From: Candidatus Omnitrophota bacterium
GTDB taxonomy: Bacteria > Omnitrophota > Gorgyraeia > 1-14-0-20-64-10
DNA length: 64,000 bases
NCBI GenBank assembly: GCA_016177405.1
Contig: JACOVG010000012.1
Location: 5,385-69,384 of the forward strand
Direction of reading: 5' to 3'
Shown here: positions 1 through 12,515 of the stretch, piece after piece
Layout of the letters: each line of letters begins with the position of its first letter
Position numbering within the stretch: position 1 is the stretch's first letter
Translations under genes and position numbers: made by a program
Notes under the pieces: generated by a model
Database searches by the model: none
Seen by the model: the letters and a program-made list of their open reading frames with translations, nothing else
What the model was told of the DNA's origin: nothing

Positions 1-3000
1 GAGCGGGTCGAGAGGGTCTTGGGCGATCCTCAGGCCAGACGCCGGCCGGAGGAGGTTGTCATCGACGAAAACCCCGCCATCCTGGGGATGCTCCCAATGG
101 CTGGCCATGAAGGCGAGGTCAGGGTGCGCCGGATTCTTCACCCCGGAGAGAAGATCCAGGTGTGGGCCGTGGTGGCGCCGGCCAGGAGTCAAAGGGAGCC
201 GGGCCAGGAACCGCAGGTCCAATTTTCTCTTTGGTGGTCGGGCGAGCCGATCGAAACAGCCCGCCATTATCCGATGCGGCTTTATGCGGCCCTGCCGGAC
301 GGCTCCCGTCTCTACTACGGCGAGACCTCCTCCCCTTCTGAAGCCGAAGGCCGGCTGATCTTGAGCACCCGGGTGTTGAGTCCCTCCGGCGAGTGGCTCC
401 GCGGCGCCCCCCCTTATCTGGAGCCGTTCCTTGAATTCCAGAGCGGCTTGGAGGAGGCCACACCCGAGCGCCTGGCCGCCTCCCTCCTTCATTACCGGGA
501 GGGTCTTCGGGAGCTTTCGCCCCAACAGCAGTTTGAGCGCAGCTTCGTGGCCGAACGCCTGGTCCAGGCCCTGGAGGAGGGATTGAAACCCTTCTCCGAA
601 CTGTTCGGCAAATTGGCCGACCTCGTGGAAGGGCCCGCGGGAGACGGACCTCTTTGGACGAGCGATCTCGCCCGGGTGATGAGCGACCTTCGGCTTTACC
701 GGCCGGATCTCACCGAGCGGCTTCACCGCTATCTGGTGGAGATCGCCGTCCTCTCCCAGGAGAGCTCGCCGCAGGCGACGCAGGCGGCGATCAAGGTCTT
801 GAGGGCCTCCGACATCGGGGAGGTGGTGCTGGTTGCCCTGGAGACCAACTTCACCTCCTCCACCGGCGGCCTGGGGCTCTACATCCGGGAGCTCTCTTCG
901 GCGTTGGCCGGGCTTGGGATCAGCGTCACGGTGGTGACGCCTCTTTTGGCCGAGGATAAAGAGAGGATCGTGAAGGACGTCAAGTTCCAAGACACCGGAA
1001 AGAGCGTCACCGTCAAATTCCTCGATGAGGAAAAAGGCAAAGGCGCCACGGGCGAGCCCCTCTATGGGGAGGAGTGGGCGGTGGGCAAGATTCACGAGGC
1101 GCGCGTCGGCGTGGTTCGCCTTTTAGGGATCGAGCAGGATAAATATTTCCAACGGCTCAAGGGCGGCAAGGGAAGTCTCTACCTTGACAGCGAGGACGAT
1201 TTTGACAAGGCCTTCCGGCTGCGCGCGGCCCGGATGCTCTCGCTGGGGGCTCTCCTTGCCTTGAGGGAGATGAACATCCACGCCGGCATCATCCTGACCA
1301 ACGACGGCTTCAGCTCGTATCTGCCCCTCTATCTGGAGGAGGGTGACGACGTGGATCTTGGAAACAGTTTCCGAAGAGACCCGCGGTTAAAAGACGCGGA
1401 AACGGCCCACGTGATCCATACCGCCCACGCCGGCTACCAGTTCATCGTCCGTGACCCGCGTCACCGGGATCAAAAGCTCCTCCACGATCTGGGGCGGGAT
1501 CTCTCCCTGCGCCACATCCCTGACGAAGAGGATCGTTCGCGGCGCCGCGCCCAGCGGCTTCACGCGCTGGTCAACCCCGGCAACCCCCAGGAGATCAACG
1601 CCCTGCAGACGGCGGTCACAAAGGCCTCGCGGGTGGTGACGGTCGGCCGAGGGTATCTGGACGACACCTTGGACCCCGCCCAGACAGAGGCGTTTCGGGG
1701 GATAGACCAGACGCTTCGAGCCAAGCGGGACTTGGGCCGCTACACCGCCATTCCCAACGGCGTGGACACGGTCGGCAGGCAGAAGAAATTATTTAAGGCC
1801 AGTCTCTTGGAGATGGGGCACGAAGCAGACAGGCGGGGGTTTGCCAGGCGCATCTTCGAGGTGATCCTCCCCGAAAGAAAGAGGGCGCTTCAAGAGGCCT
1901 TTGGGCTTGCCTGGGAAGGCCGCGACACCTTCATCTACTCGATGCTGGCGAGGATTGACCGGACCAAGGGATTTCACCTGCTCACCAAGGAGGTCTGGAG
2001 CGCGCAGCATCCAGGCGAGCTTCGGGTGATGGAACCCTGGCTGCAGGACCGCTTTAAAGGGGATGTGGTTTATTCCCTTTCCGAGAAGGAGCGGGAGAAG
2101 CTCCTTGCCTACGCCAAGGACAATGGTCGAACCACTCTGCGTGCCCTGGAGGCGGCCTTTGTTTTGATGCCGGAGCTTCAAGTGGTGTTGGCCGGTTCTG
2201 CGGGGGAACCCTTCCTGGATAAGCAATTCAGAGAGATCGCCCAGCGGTTTAACCTTCGAAACCTTCCCCGGCGCCTGGCTTATCATCCCGCTCGGATTGA
2301 ACCGTCCGACTCCCGCTACCATCTGATCTACACCGGATCCACCCTCTTCGGTCAGCCCTCCGAGGCCGAGGCCTTTGGATTGGCGGCACGGGAGGCGGAG
2401 GCCGGAGGCGTGCCCAGCCACCGGCATCGCAGCGGCGGGCTTCGGGATGGGGAGATCCGCCTGGAAGGGGTGGAGGAGGGCTTTGAACCGTTCCACCCGG
2501 TCGCGTGGCTTGCCTCGTTGCGGCATCTCTATTCCGTCTACAAGGAGAACAGGTCTCTCTGGGACGAGTTCAGATTCAGGGCGCTCACCCAGGACAACCG
2601 CTGGCTCCGGCCTGCCAAGGAGCATCTGTGGCTCTTTCGCCGAATGCGGCAGGAGCGTTTTCAGAGGCCGCCGGCCGATCCTTATGTGGAGATTGACCTG
2701 CCGGCGCTGGAGGTGGCCGCCGCTCTTCACCGGGCGGAGAGGTCGAACCAGGATCCTGCCAACACCCTGGCACAAGATGGATTCACTCTGGAAGAGGCGG
2801 TGAACATCGCGCTGACGGCTCTTGCGCGGTCCAGCCAGGAGGCGCTGATCAGGGCCTTGAGGGAGAAGCACCTGAAGACCCTGGCGGCCATCAAGGAGAA
2901 GATTCCAGACGATCTGCGCCAGCGGCTGAATCAAGCGGCGGCAGGGGCCGGCCTGGAGGAGCCGCTTTACATCATTGATTCTCCCGATCTCCTCCAGGCC

Positions 3001-3006
3001 GCGTAA
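1..3006 (+). CDS. GLEE-modular protein, 5'-truncated by the window edge; carries a glycogen/starch synthase-like GT-B module
   Basis: Frame is open from base 1. SGLEE at 445-456 and AGLEE at 2950-2961 bracket a domain with STGGLG, VTVVTP, HVIHT..YQ, AIPNGVD, LARIDRTKG, PSEAEAFGL and SGGLRD (GlgA/GT5-like). Ends DLLQAA like the other family members. Confidence 0.8.
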   Translation, partial: ERVERVLGDPQARRRPEEVVIDENPAILGMLPMAGHEGEVRVRRILHPGEKIQVWAVVAPARSQREPGQEPQVQFSLWWSGEPIETARHYPMRLYAALPDGSRLYYGETSSPSEAEGRLILSTRVLSPSGEWLRGAPPYLEPFLEFQSGLEEATPERLAASLLHYREGLRELSPQQQFERSFVAERLVQALEEGLKPFSELFGKLADLVEGPAGDGPLWTSDLARVMSDLRLYRPDLTERLHRYLVEIAVLSQESSPQATQAAIKVLRASDIGEVVLVALETNFTSSTGGLGLYIRELSSALAGLGISVTVVTPLLAEDKERIVKDVKFQDTGKSVTVKFLDEEKGKGATGEPLYGEEWAVGKIHEARVGVVRLLGIEQDKYFQRLKGGKGSLYLDSEDDFDKAFRLRAARMLSLGALLALREMNIHAGIILTNDGFSSYLPLYLEEGDDVDLGNSFRRDPRLKDAETAHVIHTAHAGYQFIVRDPRHRDQKLLHDLGRDLSLRHIPDEEDRSRRRAQRLHALVNPGNPQEINALQTAVTKASRVVTVGRGYLDDTLDPAQTEAFRGIDQTLRAKRDLGRYTAIPNGVDTVGRQKKLFKASLLEMGHEADRRGFARRIFEVILPERKRALQEAFGLAWEGRDTFIYSMLARIDRTKGFHLLTKEVWSAQHPGELRVMEPWLQDRFKGDVVYSLSEKEREKLLAYAKDNGRTTLRALEAAFVLMPELQVVLAGSAGEPFLDKQFREIAQRFNLRNLPRRLAYHPARIEPSDSRYHLIYTGSTLFGQPSEAEAFGLAAREAEAGGVPSHRHRSGGLRDGEIRLEGVEEGFEPFHPVAWLASLRHLYSVYKENRSLWDEFRFRALTQDNRWLRPAKEHLWLFRRMRQERFQRPPADPYVEIDLPALEVAAALHRAERSNQDPANTLAQDGFTLEEAVNIALTALARSSQEALIRALREKHLKTLAAIKEKIPDDLRQRLNQAAAGAGLEEPLYIIDSPDLLQAA

Positions 3007-3024
3007 GCTGAACGGGGGTAAAAC

Positions 3025-3044
3025 CCTGCCTGCCGGCAGGCAGG
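3025..3044. repeat. Perfect 20-bp palindrome CCTGCCTGCCGGCAGGCAGG, intergenic
   Basis: Read directly from the sequence; self-complementary; 18 nt after the stop of the GLEE gene. Confidence 0.85.
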
Positions 3045-3066
3045 CTGGCATTCCTCACACCAAATT

Positions 3067-3075
3067 TGCTAGAAT
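3067..3075 (+). promoter_or_regulatory. Extended -10 promoter (TGCTAGAAT), probable leaderless transcript
   Basis: TGn-TAGAAT ends 6 nt before ATG 3082; no Shine-Dalgarno. Confidence 0.55.
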
Positions 3076-3081
3076 AACGCT

Positions 3082-4038
3082 ATGCAGCGACCGATTGCCC
3101 CCCCGACAATCGATTTGAAGCGTCTTGCCCGCTACAGCCTCGCCTCCCGGAAAAGCAAGGTGGCTTGGGACGCCTTCGCCAAAACCACCCCCCGCGGCGC
3201 CTCCTTCCGCGCCTTCTTCGACGGGCTTCCGAAAATCCTGGCCGGCGAATCGCTCCACCGCCTGGTGGAGGCGATCGTCCAGGCCCGCCGGCGGGGCAAG
3301 CCGGTGATCCTCCTGCTGGGCGCCCACGTCCTGAAGGTGGGCCTCTCCCCGTTGATCGTGGATTGGATCGAGCGCGGGGTGGTGACCGCCGCGGCCGCCA
3401 ACGGCGCCGGGATCATCCACGATTTCGAACTCGCCTACCAGGGGAAGACCTCCGAGGAGGTGGCCGAGGCGCTGGCCGACGGCTCCTTTGGGATGGCCCG
3501 CGAGACGGCCGACCTTTTGAACGGAGCCATCGGGCAGGGGGCGAAGGAGAAGCTGGGCCTGGGGGAATCGGTCGGGCGGCTCATTGAGAAGGGCCGGTTC
3601 AGGTTCAAGAAGCTCTCCCTCTTCGCCGCCTGCTGGCGCAAAAAAATCCCGGCAACCGTCCACGTGGCGATTGGCACCGACATCATCCATCAGCACCCCT
3701 CCTGCGACGGCTCCGCCGTGGGGGCCGCCTCCCTGACCGATTTCAGAAAGCTGACCCAGGCGGTCTCCGGGCTGGGTGGTGGGGGGGTGGTCCTCAACAT
3801 CGGCTCGGCCGTGATACTGCCGGAGGTCTTTCTGAAGGCGGTCTCCACCTGCCGCAACCTGGGCTTCACCGTCAAGGACTTCACCGCGGCCAACCTCGAC
3901 ATGATCCAGCATTACCGGCCTCACCAGAACATTCTCCTGCGCCCCACCGCCCTGGGCGGCCAAAGGATCAACCTGATCGGCCACCATGAGATCTTGGTGC
4001 CGCTTCTTCACGCGGCCGTCAACGAGCGGCTGAAATGA
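3082..4038 (+). CDS. Conserved deoxyhypusine-synthase-like hypothetical protein associated with LPS/heptose genes
   Basis: Motifs LGAHVLKVGL, NGAGIIHDFE, GSFGMARET, IGTDIIH, GSAVILPEVFLKA and GHHEILVPLL; translationally coupled to hldA. Confidence 0.7.
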   Translation: MQRPIAPPTIDLKRLARYSLASRKSKVAWDAFAKTTPRGASFRAFFDGLPKILAGESLHRLVEAIVQARRRGKPVILLLGAHVLKVGLSPLIVDWIERGVVTAAAANGAGIIHDFELAYQGKTSEEVAEALADGSFGMARETADLLNGAIGQGAKEKLGLGESVGRLIEKGRFRFKKLSLFAACWRKKIPATVHVAIGTDIIHQHPSCDGSAVGAASLTDFRKLTQAVSGLGGGGVVLNIGSAVILPEVFLKAVSTCRNLGFTVKDFTAANLDMIQHYRPHQNILLRPTALGGQRINLIGHHEILVPLLHAAVNERLK

Positions 4039-5015
4039 CCCAGCAGCGTTTTGAGGCACTCCTTAAAAAGTTCCGAAGCACCCGGGTCCTGGTGATCGGC
4101 GACCTGATCCTGGACGAGTTCATCTGGGGCAGCGTGGAAAGGATCTCGCCGGAGGCGCCGGTTCCGGTGGTCTGGGCCCAGCGGGAGTCGGTGATGCCGG
4201 GAGGCTCGGCCAACGTGGCCGGCAACGTGAAAGCCCTCGGGGGCCAGCCCCGCCTGCTGGGGGTCGTTGGAAACGATTCCGCCGGCGAGCGCCTGGTGAG
4301 GCAGCTGAAACAAACCCGCATTCCCACCGGCGACATCCTGACCGATCCCTCCCGTCCCACCACCGCCAAGACGCGCGTCATCGCGCACCATCAGCAGGTG
4401 GTTCGGATCGACCGGGAGCAGGTGAAGCCGTTCGCGGCGGGTCTGACCCGGCGGCTCATCCGGTCGGCCACGCGGATCATCCCGGAGGTGGAGGGGGTGA
4501 TCATCGAGGATTACGGCAAGGGCCTGATTGGCCGGGAGCTCTTAAAGCCGGTGGTGGCGCTGGCGAAGCGGCACCGCAAGGTGATCACGGTCGATCCCAA
4601 GGAGGAGCATTTCGACACCTACCGCGGGGTGACCGCTTTGACGCCCAACAAAAAAGAGGCGTCGCTGGCGGCCGGCTTTCCGATCACCGATCGCGCCAGC
4701 CTCCATCGGGCGGGCCAGGCGATCCTGAAGCGGTTGAACCCCGAGGCCATCCTGGTCACCCTGGGGGAGGAGGGGATGTGCCTTTTTTCCTCCGACGGGG
4801 CCAGGCCGGTTCATATCCCGACCGTGGCGCGGGAGGTCTTTGATGTCTCCGGCGCGGGGGACACCGTGATCTCGGTCTTCACCCTGGCGCGGGCGGCCGG
4901 GGCCAGCTTCCTGGAGGCGGCCGCGATCGCCAACGCCGCCGCCGGGGTGGTGGTGGGCAAGCTGGGCACCGCCACCTGCTCGGCCGATGAGCTTCGAAGG
5001 GCCGTCCTGGAATGA
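4035..5015 (+). CDS. hldA: D-glycero-beta-D-manno-heptose-7-phosphate kinase (RfaE domain I)
   Basis: GDLILDEF..GSVERISPEAPVPV, GGSANVA, DYGKG, VFDVSGAGDTV, VVVGKLGTA. Confidence 0.93.
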   Translation: MTQQRFEALLKKFRSTRVLVIGDLILDEFIWGSVERISPEAPVPVVWAQRESVMPGGSANVAGNVKALGGQPRLLGVVGNDSAGERLVRQLKQTRIPTGDILTDPSRPTTAKTRVIAHHQQVVRIDREQVKPFAAGLTRRLIRSATRIIPEVEGVIIEDYGKGLIGRELLKPVVALAKRHRKVITVDPKEEHFDTYRGVTALTPNKKEASLAAGFPITDRASLHRAGQAILKRLNPEAILVTLGEEGMCLFSSDGARPVHIPTVAREVFDVSGAGDTVISVFTLARAAGASFLEAAAIANAAAGVVVGKLGTATCSADELRRAVLE

Positions 5016-5019
5016 CCCC

Positions 5020-7387
<2,368 letters not shown>

Positions 7388-7394
7388 TCCCGCC

Positions 7395-8213
7395 ATGGCC
7401 GAACCGGTTCGGGTTGGAAAGATCTTGGTGGGCGGGGGCCAGCCCCTGGCCCTGATCGCCGGGCCCGACGTGATCGAGAGCGAATCCTCCGCTCTGCGGC
7501 ACGCCGAGGCGATCGCCAAACTGGCCCGCCGGTTCAAGATGCCCTACCTCTTCAAGTCGAGCTTTGACAAGGCCAACCGGACCTCGTTGAAGAACTACCG
7601 GGGGCCGGGCCTGAAGAAGGGTTTGGCCGTCTTGAAGAAGGTCAAGGAGAGGATCGGCGTTCCGGTTTTAAGCGACATCCACTGCGTGGAACAGGTCGGC
7701 CCGGCCGCCGAGGTGCTGGACTGCCTTCAGGTGCCGGCCTTTCTCTGCCGGCAGACGGATCTTCTGCTGGCGGTGGGGAAGGCCGGGCGGGCCGTCAACC
7801 TGAAGAAGGGGCAGTTCCTCGCCCCCTGGGACATGGCCAACGTGGCGGAGAAGGTCGCCTCCACCGGCAACCGGAAGATCCTGATCAGCGAGCGAGGAAC
7901 GAGCTTTGGCTACAATTACCTCGTCAACGACATGCGCGCCCTGGCGATCTTAAGGGAGCTTGGCTATCCGGTGGTCTTTGACGCCGGCCACTCCAGCCAA
8001 TTGCCGGGAGGGCTCAAAAGCTCCTCGGGCGGCCAGGCCGAGTTTATCCCTCTGCTGGCCCGCGCCGGGGTGGCGGCCGGCTGTGACGCCCTCTTCGTGG
8101 AGGTGCACGAGAATCCGGCCGCCGCGCTGTGCGACGGTCCCAGCAGCCTCCCCTTAAAGGATCTGGCCGCGCTGCTGACCCAGCTCACCGCCATCCACCG
8201 CGCCCTTCAATGA
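7395..8213 (+). CDS. kdsA: KDO 8-phosphate synthase
   Basis: KSSFDKANRTS, PAFLCRQTDLL, KKGQFLAPW, ERGTSFGY, ALCDGP. Confidence 0.96.
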   Translation: MAEPVRVGKILVGGGQPLALIAGPDVIESESSALRHAEAIAKLARRFKMPYLFKSSFDKANRTSLKNYRGPGLKKGLAVLKKVKERIGVPVLSDIHCVEQVGPAAEVLDCLQVPAFLCRQTDLLLAVGKAGRAVNLKKGQFLAPWDMANVAEKVASTGNRKILISERGTSFGYNYLVNDMRALAILRELGYPVVFDAGHSSQLPGGLKSSSGGQAEFIPLLARAGVAAGCDALFVEVHENPAAALCDGPSSLPLKDLAALLTQLTAIHRALQ

Positions 8214-9178
8214 CCTCGCCGGTCCTCAAGCACGCCAAGAAAGTCCTGAAGGTGGAGCGGGACGCGCTGGATCTCCTCCTGCGCCGGGTGGACCGCCGGT
8301 TCGAAAAGGCGGTGGAGCTCCTCAAGCGGTGCGAGGGGCGGGTGGTGGTGACCGGCATGGGAAAGCCCGGCATCATCGGGCAGAAGATCTCGGCCACCCT
8401 CTCGTCGCTGGGGGTGCCCTCCCTGTGGTTGCACCCGGCCGAGGCCGCGCACGGCGACCTGGGCAAGGTGACCCCGCAGGATGTGGTGATTGCCCTCTCC
8501 CATTCCGGAGAGACCGACGAGGTCCTTCACCTTCTTCCGGTCTTGAACCGCCTGGGGGCCAAGCTCATCGCCATCACGGCCAACGCCCATTCCCGCTTGG
8601 CCCGAAGCTCCGACGTGGCGATTCCCACCTACGTGAAAGACGAGGCCTCCTCCTGGGGCCTGGTGCCCACCGCCTCCACGACGGCGATGCTGGCCCTGGG
8701 GGACGCGCTGGCCCTGGAGCTTGCCAGACAAAAGGGCTTCACCGCGACCGACTTTGCCCAGCTTCATCCCGGCGGATCGCTGGGCAAACAGCTCACCCTG
8801 CGGGTGGAGGATCTGATGCGCCGGGGCGCTTCCAACCCCGTCGTCTCCTCCGGCGCCACCGTGAAGAAGGTCCTCCTGGCCATCACCCGGGCCCGCGCCG
8901 GCTCGGCCGCGGTCGTGGACGCCAAGGGCCGGCTGATCGGCATCTTCACCGACGGGGACCTGCGCCGCCGGATCGAGACCGACCCCCAGATCCTGAAGAG
9001 GAAAGTGAGCGTTTGCATGACCCGCGCCCCCAAGACCCTGCCGGTGGGTCATCTGGCGGTGGAGGCCCTGAAGATCCTGCGATCCCACAAGATCGACGAA
9101 ATCCCCATCGTGGACGCCAAGGGCGCTCCGGCGGGTCTCCTCGATGTCCAGGACCTCCTCAAGGCCGGGCTGGTTTAG
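8210..9178 (+). CDS. kdsD: Arabinose-5-phosphate isomerase (KpsF/GutQ, SIS + 2 CBS)
   Basis: VTGMGKPG, HPAEAAHGDLG, SHSGETDE, PTASTT, HPGGSLG, GIFTDGDLRR; ATG 8210 overlaps the kdsA stop. Confidence 0.95.
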   Translation: MTSPVLKHAKKVLKVERDALDLLLRRVDRRFEKAVELLKRCEGRVVVTGMGKPGIIGQKISATLSSLGVPSLWLHPAEAAHGDLGKVTPQDVVIALSHSGETDEVLHLLPVLNRLGAKLIAITANAHSRLARSSDVAIPTYVKDEASSWGLVPTASTTAMLALGDALALELARQKGFTATDFAQLHPGGSLGKQLTLRVEDLMRRGASNPVVSSGATVKKVLLAITRARAGSAAVVDAKGRLIGIFTDGDLRRRIETDPQILKRKVSVCMTRAPKTLPVGHLAVEALKILRSHKIDEIPIVDAKGAPAGLLDVQDLLKAGLV

Positions 9179-9179
9179 C

Positions 9180-9683
9180 GTGACAGCGGCTCCATCCGCC
9201 CGGCGCCGTCCCGTCGGGTGGCTCATCGCCTGCATCCTTTTTGGGATTTACGTGAGCCTCAAACTTCAGGGTTCCTGGTTCTCCTTTCAGGCCCACCGGC
9301 TGGAGCTGAAGCTCGACGCGATCCGGCCGGAGCTTTCGACCCTGGTCATGCACGAACAGATGAAGACCACCCATGCCGCCTGCCTGGAGGCCCTCGGCCA
9401 GGCGCGGTCTCAAGAGCTTTCGGCCGAGCCCTTCTTGAGGTTCCTTTCCCGGGAGGTGCCCGCCTCCATCGCGATCGAGCGGCTCGAGGTTTCCCAGGCG
9501 ATGGGGCTTAAGGTCCGGGGCAGCTGCCTGCCCGGCATCAGGCCCGCGGAGGAGCCGATCCTGCTGTGGGCCGAGAAGCTCCGGCAAGAGGGCTTCGACG
9601 TGCAGGTGAGGTTCATCATCCCGGACTCCAAGGTCACGGGGCTGTGGCGCTTTGAGCTGAAGGGAGAGAAGCCCCATGGTTGA
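9180..9683 (+). CDS. Membrane-anchored hypothetical protein, PilN/GspL-like
   Basis: N-terminal TM segment, coiled coil, then FLRFLSREVPASIAIERL..LKVRG..FELKG, resembling the PilN ferredoxin-like pattern. GTG start inferred. Confidence 0.5.
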   Translation: MTAAPSARRRPVGWLIACILFGIYVSLKLQGSWFSFQAHRLELKLDAIRPELSTLVMHEQMKTTHAACLEALGQARSQELSAEPFLRFLSREVPASIAIERLEVSQAMGLKVRGSCLPGIRPAEEPILLWAEKLRQEGFDVQVRFIIPDSKVTGLWRFELKGEKPHG

Positions 9684-10545
9684 GTCCAGCCCCAGGGAGC
9701 GGCACCTCTTGAGGGGCCTGCTTCTGCAGGTCGCGGTGGTGGCGGCGCTGGTCTTCGCTTACACCCAGGCGGTCCGCCAGCTCAAGGTCCAGCACGAGAG
9801 GCTCTTGAGGCTCAAGGAACAGCTCGTCGAAGGACGGACGAAGATGGACGAAAAGCCCGATCAAGAGTTTGCCCATCTGAAGGAGGAGCTGACTCGGCTG
9901 ACCGGCCTGCTGTCCACCCGGGAAGAGCTGGAAACCTGGGCTAAGGAGCTTGGCCGAAGGGCCGAGGAAGAGTTTGGCTTTCCGGATCCGGAGGTCTCGG
10001 TGGGGATGGTGGAACGGAAGATCGAGATTCCCATCGAGCCCTTGCCCTCCTTCAAGCTGGAGCTTTACGCGGTGGAGCTTAAGGGCCAAACGACCACCCG
10101 CTCGGCGGCCGGGCTTCTTGCCGCGGTGGACCGCGGCCGGACGATGCGCCTGTGCCCCCTGGAGACCCTGGAGCTGAAATCCCTCTCCCCCGCCTCGGCC
10201 CAAACCGTTGAGGCGCGCTTGAAGTGGCTGGTGGCGGTGTCGGACCGGGCGGCCCCCTTGCCGCGGCCGGCGCCGGCGCCGGCCGCGCCGCTTTCTTGGG
10301 GCGGCCGGGAGGAGCCGTTTCAATCCCCCTTCCTTTTTCCGGGGGCCGTCCGTCCGGTCCGCGGACGCTCCCCCTCTTTTCAATTGACCGGCATTCTCTG
10401 GGACCCAGCCACCCCCACGGCGGTGGTCAACGGCACCCTTTTAAAACCCGGCGACCGGATCCAAGGCTGGAGGCTGGTCCTGCTCACCTCCCGGCAGGTT
10501 CTCCTTGCCAGGGGAGGGGATGAGATCCTCCTTTCCCTCTCTTAG
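9676..10545 (+). CDS. Hypothetical protein, PilO/GspM-like with C-terminal PilP/GspC/GspB-like domain
   Basis: TM + coiled coil; C-terminal REEPFQSP..FQLTGILWD...AVVNGTLLKPGDRIQGWRLV..T..V.L. Confidence 0.55.
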   Translation: MVESSPRERHLLRGLLLQVAVVAALVFAYTQAVRQLKVQHERLLRLKEQLVEGRTKMDEKPDQEFAHLKEELTRLTGLLSTREELETWAKELGRRAEEEFGFPDPEVSVGMVERKIEIPIEPLPSFKLELYAVELKGQTTTRSAAGLLAAVDRGRTMRLCPLETLELKSLSPASAQTVEARLKWLVAVSDRAAPLPRPAPAPAAPLSWGGREEPFQSPFLFPGAVRPVRGRSPSFQLTGILWDPATPTAVVNGTLLKPGDRIQGWRLVLLTSRQVLLARGGDEILLSLS

Positions 10546-10557
10546 ACGGCGGCGGGG

Positions 10558-10586
10558 TTGATTCCGGGCGTAAGGTGCGTTAAAAT
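10558..10586 (+). promoter_or_regulatory. sigma70-type promoter upstream of lptC/A
   Basis: TTGATT (10558-10563), 17 nt, TAAAAT (10581-10586). Confidence 0.5.
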
Positions 10587-10605
10587 CAAAGGTTCAATCA
10601 ATCAG

Positions 10606-11440
10606 ATGTGTTCCTCACGCACAAGAGCGAGGATATTCCTGGCTCTGTTTTTTATCCTCTTAGGTGCAGGCTGCACAAAAGGTTTGCCGCCCCCCGCGCC
10701 CGGGCCGGAGGCCCCGGCGGCTTCCGGGCCGGCCGAGGATGTGATCTCCGCCTTCAGCCTGACGGGCAACGACCGGACCGGCCGGAAGAAATGGGTGATT
10801 GAGGGCCAAACGGCCAACCTGCTGGCCGAGACCGTCCTTCTTTCGCCGGTCACGGCCAAGAGCTTCGGCAAGGTGGAGACCACCCTCACCGCGGCGCGGG
10901 GAAAGTTCCAAAAGCAAAGCCGCGACGTGGAATTGAAGGAGGATGTGATCGTCGTCACCTCCGACGGGGCCCGGCTGTCCACCGACACCTTCTTTTGGTC
11001 GGCCGACCGCGGCATGGGCAGGACCCCCGACTGGGTGACGATCACCCGGCCCGGGATGACGACGGCGGGCAAGGGGGGGATCGGTTTTCCCTCTTTGAAG
11101 AAGGTGAAGCTTGAGAAGGAGGTCACGGTGACGTTGACCGGGGCGAAGGGCAAAACGGTGATCACCTGCGATGGGCCGATGGAGGTGGATTACGGGCGCC
11201 ACAAGATCCGCTTTCTGAAGAGGGTCGTCGTGCGGGACGCGCAGGGGACCATCCACTCGGACCGGATGGATGTCGCCCTGGATCCCCATACGAACCAGAT
11301 CCGGCGGGTCACCTGTTTGGGGGACGTGGTGATCCGCCAGGCCGGCCGGATCTCTTACGCCGACCGGGCCGACTACTGGCAGCCGCGGGGGGATGTGCGC
11401 CTGATGGGGCACCCCCGGATTGTTTGGGTGGGAAATCCTT

Positions 11441-11451
<11 letters not shown>
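10606..11451 (+). CDS. lptC: LPS export protein, LptC-LptA-like two beta-jellyroll fusion
   Basis: N-terminal hydrophobic/lipobox-like LGAGC; LptC-like KKWVIEG..LSTDTFFW; OstA/LptA-like ITCDGPMEVDY...GDVVI...ADRADY..LMGHPRI; directly upstream of lptB. Confidence 0.75.
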
Positions 11452-12184
<733 letters not shown>

Positions 12185-12195
12185 CAGAAGAGAGA

Positions 12196-12513
12196 ATGCA
12201 GATCACCATAACCGGCCGGCACCTCGAGGTGCCGGGGCTCCTTGAGGAGATGCTCACCCCTAAGCTCACAAGGCTCACGCGCTTCGGCCACAAGATCAAT
12301 GTGGTGCACGCCATCTTCGGCCGGGAAAAATACCGCTACACGGCGGAGTTCACCTTGAACGCCAAGGGCTTCACCCTGGCCGCGAAGGCGAGCCACCCCC
12401 ACGACCTTCTGGGCGCGGCCGAGGAGGCGCTGGACAAGCTGACCGCGCAGCTTAAAACGCGCGAGGAAAAAAGAATGGAGCTGCAGCGCCGGAAGGCGCC
12501 GCACCGGCCTTAA
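12196..12513 (+). CDS. hpf: Ribosome hibernation factor (short HPF/RaiA)
   Basis: MQITITGRHLEV...ALDKLTAQL..REEK; follows lptB. Confidence 0.85.
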   Translation: MQITITGRHLEVPGLLEEMLTPKLTRLTRFGHKINVVHAIFGREKYRYTAEFTLNAKGFTLAAKASHPHDLLGAAEEALDKLTAQLKTREEKRMELQRRKAPHRP

Positions 12514-12515
12514 GA

